Shown here in pieces: positions 19,828 through 30,213 of a stretch of 64,000 bases of DNA. Position 1 is the stretch's first letter, and each line of letters starts with the position of its first letter. This stretch comes from an uncultured Eubacteriales bacterium (GTDB taxonomy: Bacteria; Bacillota; Clostridia; Lachnospirales; Lachnospiraceae): assembly GCA_900315665.1 (NCBI GenBank), contig OMZX01000003.1, positions 10,248-74,247 of the forward strand, given 5' to 3'. Below the pieces are notes generated by a model. That model did no database searches and had not been told where the DNA came from. It was given only the letters and a program-made list of their open reading frames with translations. A program made the translations under genes and the position numbers.

Positions 19828-20901
19828 ATGAGTGAAGAAAATAGGATGAAAGAGAATATTCGTGACCTTGAGCTTCCTGAACTGGAGGCAGTTCTTTTAG
19901 AGCTCGGCGAGCCGAAATTCAGGGCGAAGCAGATTTATTCGTGGCTCCATGTGAAGCTCTGCGATGACTTTTCAGAGATGACGAATGTCAGTAAGCCGCT
20001 TCGGGAAAAGCTTCAAAAGACGTATACAGCAGCACTTCCCGAAATCTGTGAGGTGTTGACCTCTAAGCTTGATGGTACAAAAAAGTACATTTTTAAAATG
20101 CAGGACGGGCATGTTATTGAAGCTGTTCTTATGAAATACGAGCATGGTAACAGTGTATGCATCTCGAGTCAGGTCGGCTGCCGGATGGGTTGCCGTTTCT
20201 GCGCATCTACGCTGGACGGACTCGCGAGAAATCTCACAAGCGGGGAGATGCTTTCACAGGTTTATGAGATTCAGCGGGAATCTGGCGAACGGGTTGATAA
20301 TATCGTGATCATGGGTTCTGGCGAGCCGATGGATAATTATGAAAATTTCACGCGTTTTGTTCGTATGATTTCTGATGAAAACGGACTGAATATCTCAAGA
20401 AGGAATATCACTGTGTCGACCTGCGGTATCGTCGAAGGCATCCGGCGTCTTGCTGACGAGAATTATGGAATTACACTGGCGCTGAGTCTTCATGCACCGA
20501 ATGATGAGACGAGGCGGAAGCTGATGCCGATTGCCAATAAGTATTCTCTTTCAGAGATCATGCCGGCGATTGAATACTATTTTGAGAAGACGGGACGCCG
20601 GGTTACGTTCGAATATTCTGTGGTGCAGGGTGTCAATGACAACCGGCAGGAAGCACTGGAGCTAGTGAGACTGATCCGTGGCATGAAGCATGGCGGGAAG
20701 CTCCAGTGCCATGTTAACCTGATTCCGGTGAATCCTATCAAGGAACGTGACTGGAAGCGCCCGGATCGTACGAAGATAGAGGAGTTTCAGCATGTACTTC
20801 AGCATGCCGGAATCACAGCGACGATCCGCAGAGAGATGGGGTCGGATATTTCGGGCGCCTGCGGGCAGCTTAGGCGGGATTATTTAAAGGAAAATGCCTG
20901 A
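19828..20901 (+). CDS. rlmN: 23S rRNA m2A2503 / tRNA radical-SAM methyltransferase
   Basis: CISSQVGCRMGCRFCAS, MGSGEP, SLHAPN, NLIPVN, ACGQL. Confidence 0.96.
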   Translation: MSEENRMKENIRDLELPELEAVLLELGEPKFRAKQIYSWLHVKLCDDFSEMTNVSKPLREKLQKTYTAALPEICEVLTSKLDGTKKYIFKMQDGHVIEAVLMKYEHGNSVCISSQVGCRMGCRFCASTLDGLARNLTSGEMLSQVYEIQRESGERVDNIVIMGSGEPMDNYENFTRFVRMISDENGLNISRRNITVSTCGIVEGIRRLADENYGITLALSLHAPNDETRRKLMPIANKYSLSEIMPAIEYYFEKTGRRVTFEYSVVQGVNDNRQEALELVRLIRGMKHGGKLQCHVNLIPVNPIKERDWKRPDRTKIEEFQHVLQHAGITATIRREMGSDISGACGQLRRDYLKENA

Positions 20902-20987
20902 CGGGAAGCCTTTGATAGGAAGCCTCGTTCTTAGAAAAAGAACGGCTATGGCAGCAAGCTGTAGGCATTGGAAAAGGGGAAAAAGGA

Positions 20988-21731
20988 ATGACTTTTTTTG
21001 CAAAGACAGATCAGGGCAAAAAAAGAAGAATGAATCAGGACTATGTGTTCGCAAGCGGAGAGCCGGTAGGTATCCTGCCGAATCTGTACCTTCTTGCAGA
21101 CGGTATGGGCGGTCATCGTGCAGGAGACTATGCATCGCGTACAACAGTGGAGAGTCTCCGAAAATACTTTGAAAAGGCAAAGGAGGGCCCGCTTCCGAAG
21201 CTGATGGAGGAGGGCATCCATAAGGTAAATGAGGAGATTTACCGTGAGTCTATCAGTACGGAAGCACTGCACGGGATGGGTACGACTCTTGTCATTGCGG
21301 TGATGGAGGAAAACTGTCTTACAGTAGCGAATATTGGTGATTCAAGGGCATATCTTATCCGGGGCAATGTCATCCGACAGATCACAAGGGATCATAGCTA
21401 TGTTGAGGAGATGGCGAGCCGTGGTCTCATGCGCCGGGGTTCCAGGGAATATATGGAGCAGCGGAACATCATCACGCGGGCAGTTGGTATCGAAAAGACG
21501 GTCGAGGCAGACTTCTTTGAGGTTGAAATCGAAGAGGGCGACTATGTGCTGATGTGTTCGGATGGTCTTTCCAATATGGTGGATAATGAGAGCATCCGAA
21601 ATATCATCCGGGACAGTAGTACAATTCCTGAAAAGGGACAGGCGTTGATCGACGCGGCAAATATCAATGGCGGACGGGATAATATTGCAGTTATTCTCAT
21701 TGATCCCTTCCGGAAGGAGGTGCTGGTATGA
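20988..21731 (+). CDS. stp: PP2C-type Ser/Thr phosphatase (Stp1/IreP/PrpC family)
   Basis: RMNQD, ADGMGGH, GMGTT, NIGDSRAY, TRDHS, CSDGL, GGRDN. Confidence 0.93.
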   Translation: MTFFAKTDQGKKRRMNQDYVFASGEPVGILPNLYLLADGMGGHRAGDYASRTTVESLRKYFEKAKEGPLPKLMEEGIHKVNEEIYRESISTEALHGMGTTLVIAVMEENCLTVANIGDSRAYLIRGNVIRQITRDHSYVEEMASRGLMRRGSREYMEQRNIITRAVGIEKTVEADFFEVEIEEGDYVLMCSDGLSNMVDNESIRNIIRDSSTIPEKGQALIDAANINGGRDNIAVILIDPFRKEVLV

Positions 21732-23833
21732 CACTTTCCGAAGGAATGATTCTTGATGATCGCTATGAAGTAGAGGGGCTCATCGGCCAGGGCGGCATGA
21801 GCTATGTTTACCGCGCGAAGGACCAGAAGATGGGCCGTACGGTGGCATTGAAGGTACTGAAGGAAGAATATTGCGAAGACGAAGAGTTCATCAAAAAGTT
21901 CCAGAATGAGGCACAGGCAGCGGCGAAGCTGAATCATCCGAATATTGTAGCGGCTTTCGATGTTGTAGATGATGAGGAGAGAAAGCTTCATTATATCGTG
22001 ATGGAGCTCGTCGAGGGTATCACGTTGAAAACGTATATCCAGCGGAAGGGACGGATCTCCAGCAGGGATACGATTGCCATTGCGCTGCAGGTGATCAATG
22101 GCATGGAGCAGGCGCATAAGATGGGCATCGTACACCGTGACATCAAGCCGCAGAATATTATCGTGTCGAAGGACGGGACAATCAAGGTGGCGGATTTCGG
22201 CATTGCCCGTGCAGCAACGCAGCAGACCGTCAATGCGACGGTTATGGGCTCTGTACATTATATTTCGCCGGAGCAGGCGAGATCCGGGATATCCGATGAG
22301 CGTTCGGATATTTATTCGTTCGGCTGTACGATGTTTGAGATGTTGACCGGCAAGGTGCCCTATGAAGGAGAAACCTCGGTTGCAGTTGTGTTTGCACACC
22401 TTCAAAATCCGATTCCCCATGTTCGGGATATAGCCCCGGATGCTTATCCTGCACTGGATATGGCGATTTATCGTTGTATGGAAAAGAAGCCTGGAAAACG
22501 TTACCAGCATATCGGTGAGCTGGGACGAGATCTTCGTCGCGCTCTGAAGGATCCGGAGGGCCATTTTATGCTGCCACCGGCAGAGGATGAGGATGCTTCG
22601 TTTGAGGAAGAGGATGACAGAAGACTTTTGCAGGATCGGATGACGATTATCACCCGTGTGATCACAGGTGTGTGCATTGTCGGACTCGTCATATTGGTTT
22701 TCTTTATTGCCCGGTTTGCCTTGTCCTTCTTCCGAAGCGGGGCGAAGGCAAAGGAGACGACGGAGGTTGCGACGACAGAAGCGGTGACGACGAGTGTCAA
22801 TATCACAATCTCAGGTGTTGAGAGCATGCTTCCAAACATAATCGGGATGACGATCCCGGAGGCGGCGACGTATCTCAAGGATTACAGCATCGCGATTGAA
22901 ACAGAAAAGTCGGAGTATTCTGATCGTTACAATGAGGGCATGATCATAAGCTATCCGGATGGCCAGTACCAGAGCGGTGACACGATCCGGGTGACGGTAT
23001 CGAAGGGTTCACAGACATTGACCTTTTATGATCCGGAGAATCCGACGGATCTCACGGCGCTCCATGCCCTGAATTTCCGTGAGCTCGAAATGGAGCTTGC
23101 TGACCGGGGTGTGCCTTATCATGCAACCGAGGAGTATAGCGAGGATGTTCCGGAGGGTTATATCATCAGTACAAACAAACCGGATACGTCGGGCTCGACG
23201 CTTTTGGAAATCGTCGTATCGAAGGGGTCGATGAAGGGCATCACGATCATGCCCCATCTTGTCGGGCTTACTGAAGAGGATGCGTTGAGCACACTGGCGG
23301 CCAATGAATTATATCCGGGCGTCGTCAGTCATCAGCCAAATGATGCCGCTGATGGAATCGTGTTACAGCAGGGACAGCCGGATGGCGCTGAGCTTCCGAC
23401 AGGGACTGTCATCAATCTGGTGGTATCCTCTGGCCCGGATGGAGAAATTTATGATGAGGTCCTGACAGACCAGACGCCCGTTGCATCGGCAGAGACCACT
23501 GTAGAGGATACGATCTCTGAGAAGTCAGATTCTGATCATCAGGATTACTGGGTTTCGAGTCTCTATACAAATGTGAAGCTTCCAGGGGTTTCAGGACCTG
23601 GCGAAACGAGCCGATTGATTGTTTCCATCCGGCTGCGTCAGGATGTAGATGGTGAGGAACATTATACGACGCTGCAGGATGCAAAGTCCTATCAGCCTGG
23701 CACGGAGCTTCCTGTGGTATTTTCGGAGATTCGTGGTGAATATGGTATCGCTAGCGGTGTCGTCGAGGTCGTGGATGCGTCGACTGACACAGTTTTACAA
23801 TCAATCAGCGTCGGCTTCCATCCGGCAGGTTGA
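21728..23833 (+). CDS. pknB: PASTA-domain Ser/Thr protein kinase (PknB/PrkC family)
   Basis: IGQGGMSYVY, VALK, HRDIKPQN, DFG, HYISPEQ, then a TM helix and degenerate PASTA repeats. Confidence 0.93.
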   Translation: MTLSEGMILDDRYEVEGLIGQGGMSYVYRAKDQKMGRTVALKVLKEEYCEDEEFIKKFQNEAQAAAKLNHPNIVAAFDVVDDEERKLHYIVMELVEGITLKTYIQRKGRISSRDTIAIALQVINGMEQAHKMGIVHRDIKPQNIIVSKDGTIKVADFGIARAATQQTVNATVMGSVHYISPEQARSGISDERSDIYSFGCTMFEMLTGKVPYEGETSVAVVFAHLQNPIPHVRDIAPDAYPALDMAIYRCMEKKPGKRYQHIGELGRDLRRALKDPEGHFMLPPAEDEDASFEEEDDRRLLQDRMTIITRVITGVCIVGLVILVFFIARFALSFFRSGAKAKETTEVATTEAVTTSVNITISGVESMLPNIIGMTIPEAATYLKDYSIAIETEKSEYSDRYNEGMIISYPDGQYQSGDTIRVTVSKGSQTLTFYDPENPTDLTALHALNFRELEMELADRGVPYHATEEYSEDVPEGYIISTNKPDTSGSTLLEIVVSKGSMKGITIMPHLVGLTEEDALSTLAANELYPGVVSHQPNDAADGIVLQQGQPDGAELPTGTVINLVVSSGPDGEIYDEVLTDQTPVASAETTVEDTISEKSDSDHQDYWVSSLYTNVKLPGVSGPGETSRLIVSIRLRQDVDGEEHYTTLQDAKSYQPGTELPVVFSEIRGEYGIASGVVEVVDASTDTVLQSISVGFHPAG

Positions 23834-23870
23834 TATGAGGCAGAATGGAAAACCTAGAGAAGGAAGGAGT

Positions 23871-24851
23871 ATGGCACTAACTGGAAAAATCTGGAAGGGT
23901 ATCGGTGGCTTTTATTATGTACATACGGCGGAGGGAGAATTCGAATGCCGTGCAAAGGGCATCTTCCGTAACCGGAAGGAAAAACCTCTTGTCGGGGATA
24001 ATGTCGTGATCGAACCGGTAATTGATTCCGAAAAGCCGAATGAAGGCAGTGTGATCAAACTTCTGCCACGGAAAAATCAACTGGTTCGTCCCGAGGCTGC
24101 AAATATCGATCAGGCTGTTGTCGTCTTCGCCTTGCGGCATCCTGATCCGAATCTCAGCCTCCTAGACCGGTTTCTTATCAATATGGAGAAGGAAGAAATT
24201 CCGGTTGTCATCTTTTTCAATAAAACCGATCTTGTGATGCCTTCACCGGCTGCAGAAGCACCGGAAACGGAGGTAGTCATGGAGATGGAGAGAACAGAAA
24301 ATGGAAGGATGGTACCTGCCATTTACAGCGGACATCCGGAGCGGATACCGGATATGTATAGGGCAGCAGGCTACAGGGTACTGGAGATCAGTACCGTACG
24401 GGATCCTGAGGAAAATCTCAGGGAGATTATGACAGTACTTTGCGGTAAGACAACTGTTTTATCCGGGCCAAGCGGTGTCGGAAAGTCTTCTATTACCAAC
24501 CTGATTCATCCGGAAGCTGACATGGAAACCGGCGAGCTGTCAAAAAAGATTGAACGCGGAAAAAATACGACGCGGCATACGGAGCTTTTTTGTTTGTCTG
24601 ATGATACGTATGTACTGGATACGCCGGGTTTCACATCATTATATGTAAAAGACGTTCTCCCGGAGAGGCTGATGTATTATTATCCGGAATTCGAAGCCTT
24701 TCGTACCAGCTGCCGGTTCAATACTTGCCTTCATTTAAGCGAAAAGGATTGTGCCGTGAAGAAGGCTGTCGAAGAAGGAAGGATCGCAAGGGAAAGGTAT
24801 GAAAGCTATAAGATGCTTTATGAGGAACTGAAAAATCAGAAGAGATACTGA
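23871..24851 (+). CDS. rsgA: Ribosome small subunit-dependent GTPase A
   Basis: CRAKGIFR, VGDNV, NKTDL, GPSGVGKSS, GKNTTRH, DTPGF, and the zinc site CRFNTCLH..C. Confidence 0.96.
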   Translation: MALTGKIWKGIGGFYYVHTAEGEFECRAKGIFRNRKEKPLVGDNVVIEPVIDSEKPNEGSVIKLLPRKNQLVRPEAANIDQAVVVFALRHPDPNLSLLDRFLINMEKEEIPVVIFFNKTDLVMPSPAAEAPETEVVMEMERTENGRMVPAIYSGHPERIPDMYRAAGYRVLEISTVRDPEENLREIMTVLCGKTTVLSGPSGVGKSSITNLIHPEADMETGELSKKIERGKNTTRHTELFCLSDDTYVLDTPGFTSLYVKDVLPERLMYYYPEFEAFRTSCRFNTCLHLSEKDCAVKKAVEEGRIARERYESYKMLYEELKNQKRY

Positions 24852-24946
24852 TGGGATTCTTGCATGAAATCATGCGGGTCTTAGCTTTCAGAATCTAAAA
24901 AGTATGCTTAATGGCGCAGTGCGCTTGAAAGATTAAATCGGAGGAA

Positions 24947-25633
24947 ATGGCGATGAGTGAAAAAGGTGGAATAAAGAGGGTTTTGTCCCCGTCGATTCTG
25001 GCGGCGGATTTCGGAAATCTTCGGCAGGATGTGAAGACGGCTGAGGAAGCAGGTGCTGATACACTGCATTTTGATGTGATGGATGGCACTTTTGTTCCGA
25101 ATATTTCCTTTGGGCCTGCTGTGATTCAATCTGTCCGGGAAGCATCCGACAGTTTTTTTGATGTTCATATGATGGTGAAGGATCCTGAACGTTATTTTGA
25201 AGATATGAAGAAGGCCGGCGCTGACAGCATCACGATTCATCAGGAAGCGACAACGCATCTTGACCGTGGCCTTAATCAGATTCATGAACTCGGACTAAAA
25301 GCAGGTGTTGCGTTGAATCCGGCAACGCCGGAAAGTGCCATCCGATATGTGCTCCCACTTGTCGATCTTGTGCTTGTAATGTCGGTGAACCCGGGCTTCG
25401 GTGGTCAGAAGCTGATTCCATATACGCTTGATAAGATTTCAGCTCTTTGTGATATACGGAAAGAAGCAGGTCTATCCTTTCATATCGGTATCGATGGCGG
25501 TGTGACAAAGGAAAATTTATCGACAGTTCTATCAGCTGGCGCTGATTTCATTATTGCCGGATCATCCGCCTTTCATCCGAAAGAGAAGATTGATAAAAAT
25601 ATCCGCGATCTTCTTAATGCTTTACAAAAATAG
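24947..25633 (+). CDS. rpe: Ribulose-phosphate 3-epimerase
   Basis: SPSILAADF, HFDVMDGTFVPN, DVHMM, MSVNPGFGGQ, IDGGV. Confidence 0.97.
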   Translation: MAMSEKGGIKRVLSPSILAADFGNLRQDVKTAEEAGADTLHFDVMDGTFVPNISFGPAVIQSVREASDSFFDVHMMVKDPERYFEDMKKAGADSITIHQEATTHLDRGLNQIHELGLKAGVALNPATPESAIRYVLPLVDLVLVMSVNPGFGGQKLIPYTLDKISALCDIRKEAGLSFHIGIDGGVTKENLSTVLSAGADFIIAGSSAFHPKEKIDKNIRDLLNALQK

Positions 25634-25745
25634 ACTTTGACGGTATGATTAAAGCCGTTTGAACACCTTGTGAAAGGGCTCTAAGCTAAAATTGCCCGGG
25701 TGCTTCAAAGAGTATGAAAACAAATGTCGAGGAGGATTTTTCAGT

Positions 25746-27059
25746 ATGCTGGACATAAAGTTCGTGCGGGAGAACCCGGAGCTTGTAAAGGAAAATATCA
25801 AGAAGAAGTTCCAGGACCAGAAGCTTCCGCTTGTGGATGAGGTCATTAAGTTTGATGCTGAGGCAAGGGCTAATCAGAAGGAGGCAGATGATCTTCGGGC
25901 GAAGAAAAATCAGGCCTCAAAGCAGATTGGCGCACTGATGGCAAAGGGCCAGAAGGATGAAGCTGAAAAGGTAAAGGCAGAGGTTGCTGCATATAGTGCA
26001 AGACTCAAGGAGCTTGAGGAGAAGCAGCCGAAGCTTGATGAAGAAGTCAAGAAAAGAATGATGATTATCCCGAACATGATCGATGCGTCTGTACCGATCG
26101 GCCCGGATGATACACATAATGTTGAAAATGAGCGCTTTGGCGAGCCGGTTGTTCCGGACTTTGAGGTACCGTATCATACTGATATTATGGAATCCTTTGG
26201 CGGTATTGATATTGATTCGGCGAGAGAGGTTGCTGGTAATGGCTTCTATTATCTCGTTGGTGATATTGCAAGGCTTCATTCCGCTGTTCTGAGCTATGCG
26301 CGTGATTTTATGATCAATCATGGCTTTACCTATGTGATTCCGCCTTATATGATTCGTTCGAAGGTTGTTGATGGTGTGATGTCCTTTGCAGAGATGGATG
26401 CCATGATGTATAAGATTGAGGGTGAGGATCTCTATCTTATCGGGACCTCTGAGCATTCCATGATCGGTCGTTTCATCGATAAGATTATCCCTGCCGAGCA
26501 GCTGCCATTGACACTGACCTCCTATTCTCCATGCTTCCGTAAGGAAAAGGGTGCGCACGGAATCGAGGAGAGAGGCGTATATCGTATTCATCAGTTTGAG
26601 AAGGAAGAAATGATCGTTGTCTGCGAGCCAGAGGAGGCGATGGACTGGTATAATAAGCTCTGGAAGCTGACTGTCGATTTCTTCCGTTCCCTTGAAATTC
26701 CGGTCAGAACACTGGAGTGTTGCTCCGGCGATCTTGCTGATCTCAAGGTAAAGTCCTGCGATGTTGAGGCATGGTCTCCGAGACAGAAGAAGTACTTTGA
26801 GGTTGGATCCTGCTCGAATCTTTCCGATGCACAGGCCAGACGTCTCCGCATCCGTGTAAAGGGTAAGGATGGTAAAATCCATCTTGCGAACACCTTGAAC
26901 AACACTTGTGTTGCACCGCCACGTATGTTGATCGCGTTCCTCGAGAACCGCCTGCAGGCTGATGGCTCAGTAACTATCCCGGAACCGCTTCAAGCCTATA
27001 TGGGCGGCACGAAGGTGCTTGTTCCAAAGTACAATTCTATTACAGGTAAAAAGAATTAA
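25746..27059 (+). CDS. serS: Serine--tRNA ligase
   Basis: MLDIKFVREN, N-terminal coiled coil, GTSEH, CFRKE, YRIHQFEK, EVGSCSN, TLNNT. GGAGG RBS. Confidence 0.97.
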   Translation: MLDIKFVRENPELVKENIKKKFQDQKLPLVDEVIKFDAEARANQKEADDLRAKKNQASKQIGALMAKGQKDEAEKVKAEVAAYSARLKELEEKQPKLDEEVKKRMMIIPNMIDASVPIGPDDTHNVENERFGEPVVPDFEVPYHTDIMESFGGIDIDSAREVAGNGFYYLVGDIARLHSAVLSYARDFMINHGFTYVIPPYMIRSKVVDGVMSFAEMDAMMYKIEGEDLYLIGTSEHSMIGRFIDKIIPAEQLPLTLTSYSPCFRKEKGAHGIEERGVYRIHQFEKEEMIVVCEPEEAMDWYNKLWKLTVDFFRSLEIPVRTLECCSGDLADLKVKSCDVEAWSPRQKKYFEVGSCSNLSDAQARRLRIRVKGKDGKIHLANTLNNTCVAPPRMLIAFLENRLQADGSVTIPEPLQAYMGGTKVLVPKYNSITGKKN

Positions 27060-27068
27060 AAGAATTTT

Positions 27069-27100
27069 AAGGGAGCCGCACGGATGTGCGGCTCCCTTTT
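27069..27100 (+). terminator. Intrinsic terminator after serS
   Basis: aagggagccgcac-ggat-gtgcggctccctt perfect stem followed by tt. Confidence 0.88.
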
Positions 27101-27106
27101 CAACAC

Positions 27107-27153
27107 TTGACATTTCTTACAGCTAGTGTATTATACGCAATAGTACAGCTAGT
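27107..27153 (+). promoter_or_regulatory. Sigma-A-like promoter overlapped by an operator-like palindrome and direct repeat
   Basis: TTGACA (27107-12), 16 nt, TATTAT (27129-34). TGTATTA-N7-TAGTACA inverted repeat. tacagctagt occurs twice (27118 and 27144). Confidence 0.55.
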
Positions 27154-27188
27154 ACAGAAAGAAAAATTGAAAAGCAATTGTAGCCATA

Positions 27189-27246
27189 TGTAACCCGAGC
27201 TGTAATAATTTTGTCAGTTGTTTATAGAGTGTGGATTTTCTATACT
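27189..27246 (+). promoter_or_regulatory. Second promoter for the ABC operon with upstream TGTAA direct repeat
   Basis: TTGTTT (27218-23), 17 nt, TATACT (27241-46). tgtaac-N6-tgtaat at 27189-27206. Confidence 0.45.
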
Positions 27247-27306
27247 GAAAAGAGAAAGCAAGCTTTATTAGGGATTTCATAGAGGATGTATTAAAGAGGA
27301 TATAGG

Positions 27307-28068
27307 ATGAAGCCGGTGATCAGGGTTCGGGAGCTTTATAAAATATATCGAATCGGAGAGAACAGGGTTCGTGCGTTAAATGCTGTTTCCTTTGATATTT
27401 ATCCGGGAGAATTTGTTGCAATCGTCGGTACGTCCGGTTCCGGCAAGTCGACCTGCCTTAATATGCTGGCGGGGCTAGAACCGCCGACAAAAGGAGCCAT
27501 AGAGGTTGCTGGAGAGCGGATTGATCAGATGAATGAACAGGAACTGGTGCGCTTTCGCCGGGATCATGTGGGCTTCATTTTTCAGAGCTATAATCTGCTG
27601 CCGACGATGAACGCACTTGAAAATGTTGCGATGCCACTCATGTTTCGGGGCGTTTCAAAGGAAAAGCGTATTGCGCTCTCTGAAAAGTATATGAAGCTAA
27701 TTGATGTGTATGACCAGAGAGATCATATGCCGAATCAGATGTCCGGCGGACAACAGCAGCGGATCGGCATCGCAAGGGCTCTCGTTATGAATCCGGAAAT
27801 CATCTTTGCAGATGAACCGACTGGAAACCTGGATTCCCATACGACAGAAGAGGTGCTAAACCTTATGCAGAAAATTGTCCGTGAAGACCAGAAAACCCTC
27901 GTGATGGTTACCCATGACCCGCACATTGCTTCATGGGCTGACCGACAGCTGCGCGTCGTAGACGGACATATCATCGCCACCGAGCTAAATAAAGATTCCC
28001 CGGTGGAACAAAAGATCAAAGAAGAAACGGGAGACTTCCCGTTCGCAAAAATAGAACCACAGAATTAG
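27307..28068 (+). CDS. ABC transporter ATP-binding protein (MacB/LolD family)
   Basis: GTSGSGKST, GFIFQSYNL, MSGGQQQR, FADEPTGNLD, VTHD. Confidence 0.93.
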   Translation: MKPVIRVRELYKIYRIGENRVRALNAVSFDIYPGEFVAIVGTSGSGKSTCLNMLAGLEPPTKGAIEVAGERIDQMNEQELVRFRRDHVGFIFQSYNLLPTMNALENVAMPLMFRGVSKEKRIALSEKYMKLIDVYDQRDHMPNQMSGGQQQRIGIARALVMNPEIIFADEPTGNLDSHTTEEVLNLMQKIVREDQKTLVMVTHDPHIASWADRQLRVVDGHIIATELNKDSPVEQKIKEETGDFPFAKIEPQN

Positions 28069-28143
28069 GGAATCACTGTCATAGACAGCAGGAGCCATGT
28101 ACCATCGGACTCCTGCGTCCGCGTAGCCAAAAAGGAGAGAGAA

Positions 28144-30213
28144 ATGTTGAAACAAATTTGCCGCGGCGCAGCGGGTATTATTCTGACAGCCGCACTGATA
28201 TTTACTGGGGTTCCGGTGCTGCCGGCCCATGCCGTTCGAGAGGCAGAAGCGACCTATGTCGACACAAATCTAAACACATTTATGCATGATCCGGATGTGA
28301 CCCAGACCGGTACAATCGGTCAATCCATGCAGCTCATCGTGAAAGTGGGTTACAATGGCGTAAACGGTCTTTATAATCCGCCGACAGATGAGATTCATAA
28401 TGTCAAGGTTCGTCTTTCCCAGGACCAAAACCTCATTAATACGAAAGGTACTGAGGTTCAGAAGCCAAAGAACAACCCGTATAGTGATGATAGTGAAGAC
28501 GAAAGTGAGCAGGAACTGTCCGACGCCTACAACAGTGGCTATAAGGAGGGCATCGAGCGCGGCTATAACGCAAGCCTGGGCTTGACCTATCCGGTGGATG
28601 CCGGCAAATATCCCCTTGAGGTCAATGCTTCTACTATGACACAAGAGAAGGATCTCGGTACACTGAAGAAAGGACAGTATGTAGAGGTTTCATTTGATGT
28701 CATGCTCCGTTCCGACACCGATGAGGGCTACTATGGCATTCCTGTAACCATCACATATGATGTACCGGAGAACAAAACCGGCTCATATGGCTCTTACAAA
28801 CGGGCCGAGTTCATTAACATGTACGCGGTAAAGGCTGGTGATGTGAAGGATCCGGTCAGCGCAGGGAAGCAGTCTGTCTTTGTCATCGGTGAGAACCAGG
28901 ATACGCCATCGGTCACAGCACCTGGACCGCTGAATTTCTCTGTCAATTTCCGGAATCAGTCAAAGCAGCCCGTATACGACATGCTTGTGCATCTTGAGAC
29001 CTCCTTTGCGGAGGGCGCCTCGGTACAGAGTATTGCGAATGCCAAGAGCAGTGCGTCGACACAATTCCCATTTGAAATTTCAAAGGCAAATTATGATCAG
29101 AGCTTCCAGGGCCTGGAATCCGGTGCCACGCTGGCAGCTTCCTATTCCCTCGCGGTGAAGCATAACGCAGCCTCCGCATACTATCCTCTGAGCTTTACCG
29201 TAACGTGGAAGGATACCGAGGCGGCGACGATCACCCGTTCCGAGACACATACCTTTTATGTTCGGATCAACAACCCGGCGATGAACGAGACAGAATCCTC
29301 CGTGACACAGGAATTTAATGCAAATGACCGCGAGAAGGCACGGCTTGTCGTTTCTTCGTATCATACTGATCCCGAGACTGTTTATGCCGGACAGCCCTTC
29401 TCTCTCGTGATGGATATTCAGAACGCGAGCAAGGATATCAATGCTTCCAACATTCTCTTAAGCCTCGAGTCTGAAAAGGCATCCGATTCCGCTGTATTTG
29501 CAACGGAAAATGGTACAAATTCCGTCGTGATTGACAGCCTCCCGGCAGGACAGACGAAAGAAATCAGTTTCCTCATGTCTGCAGCCGCCGGTGTTGATCC
29601 GAAATCATACTCGATTACGATCAATGAAAAGTACGATTCACCGGAGTTTAAGAATGCAGAGGAAAAGGTCTCAATCGATGTTCCTATACTGCAGGTTGCT
29701 AGATTGTCCGTTGCGAATTTTGATGTAGAACCATCGAGCATTACAGTCGGCAACCAGGCCGATGTGATGTTTGGCATCAACAATACCGGCAAAGTAACAC
29801 TCTATAATGTAACTGCCATTTTTGAGGCGGATTCCATTCAGAAGACAAGCGCTTATGTCGGCAATATCAAACCTGGTGAAACAGGCAATGTTGATGCGAT
29901 GCTGACCGGCATCCAGCCGACGATGGACGATGGTACCATCAAGGTTACGATTTCCTATGAAGACGTGAATGGCAGCGTAACGACCGAGGAGGAATCAGTC
30001 AATCTATTTGTGACAGAGCAGATGGATATGGACTATACAGATCCTTCACTGGATGGAGGAGGAGATACAGGCGCCGAGACGACGAAGCCGCCTGTACTCC
30101 CGATTGCCGGCGGTGTAACGGCAGCTGTTGTGGTATTGATCGTTGTTCTTCGCAGCTTAAAGAAAAAGAAGGATTTAAAGAAACGGGAGCAGGAGAAGGA
30201 TGAGATTCTCTGA
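28144..30213 (+). CDS. Exported multi-Ig-fold (CARDB/COG1361-like) protein with C-terminal membrane anchor
   Basis: Signal peptide ending AHA, repeated beta-rich modules (e.g. INNTGKVTLYNV, VGNIKPGET), and a C-terminal TM followed by KKKK. Confidence 0.7.
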   Translation: MLKQICRGAAGIILTAALIFTGVPVLPAHAVREAEATYVDTNLNTFMHDPDVTQTGTIGQSMQLIVKVGYNGVNGLYNPPTDEIHNVKVRLSQDQNLINTKGTEVQKPKNNPYSDDSEDESEQELSDAYNSGYKEGIERGYNASLGLTYPVDAGKYPLEVNASTMTQEKDLGTLKKGQYVEVSFDVMLRSDTDEGYYGIPVTITYDVPENKTGSYGSYKRAEFINMYAVKAGDVKDPVSAGKQSVFVIGENQDTPSVTAPGPLNFSVNFRNQSKQPVYDMLVHLETSFAEGASVQSIANAKSSASTQFPFEISKANYDQSFQGLESGATLAASYSLAVKHNAASAYYPLSFTVTWKDTEAATITRSETHTFYVRINNPAMNETESSVTQEFNANDREKARLVVSSYHTDPETVYAGQPFSLVMDIQNASKDINASNILLSLESEKASDSAVFATENGTNSVVIDSLPAGQTKEISFLMSAAAGVDPKSYSITINEKYDSPEFKNAEEKVSIDVPILQVARLSVANFDVEPSSITVGNQADVMFGINNTGKVTLYNVTAIFEADSIQKTSAYVGNIKPGETGNVDAMLTGIQPTMDDGTIKVTISYEDVNGSVTTEEESVNLFVTEQMDMDYTDPSLDGGGDTGAETTKPPVLPIAGGVTAAVVVLIVVLRSLKKKKDLKKREQEKDEIL

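Noticed and set aside
21542-22564. 340-aa minus-strand ORF
   Set aside because: Antisense shadow of stp/pknB with no motifs.
25634-25745. T-box ahead of serS
   Set aside because: The spacer is only about 110 nt and has no T-box motif or terminator.
25917-26882. 321-aa minus-strand ORF
   Set aside because: Antisense shadow of serS caused by codon bias.
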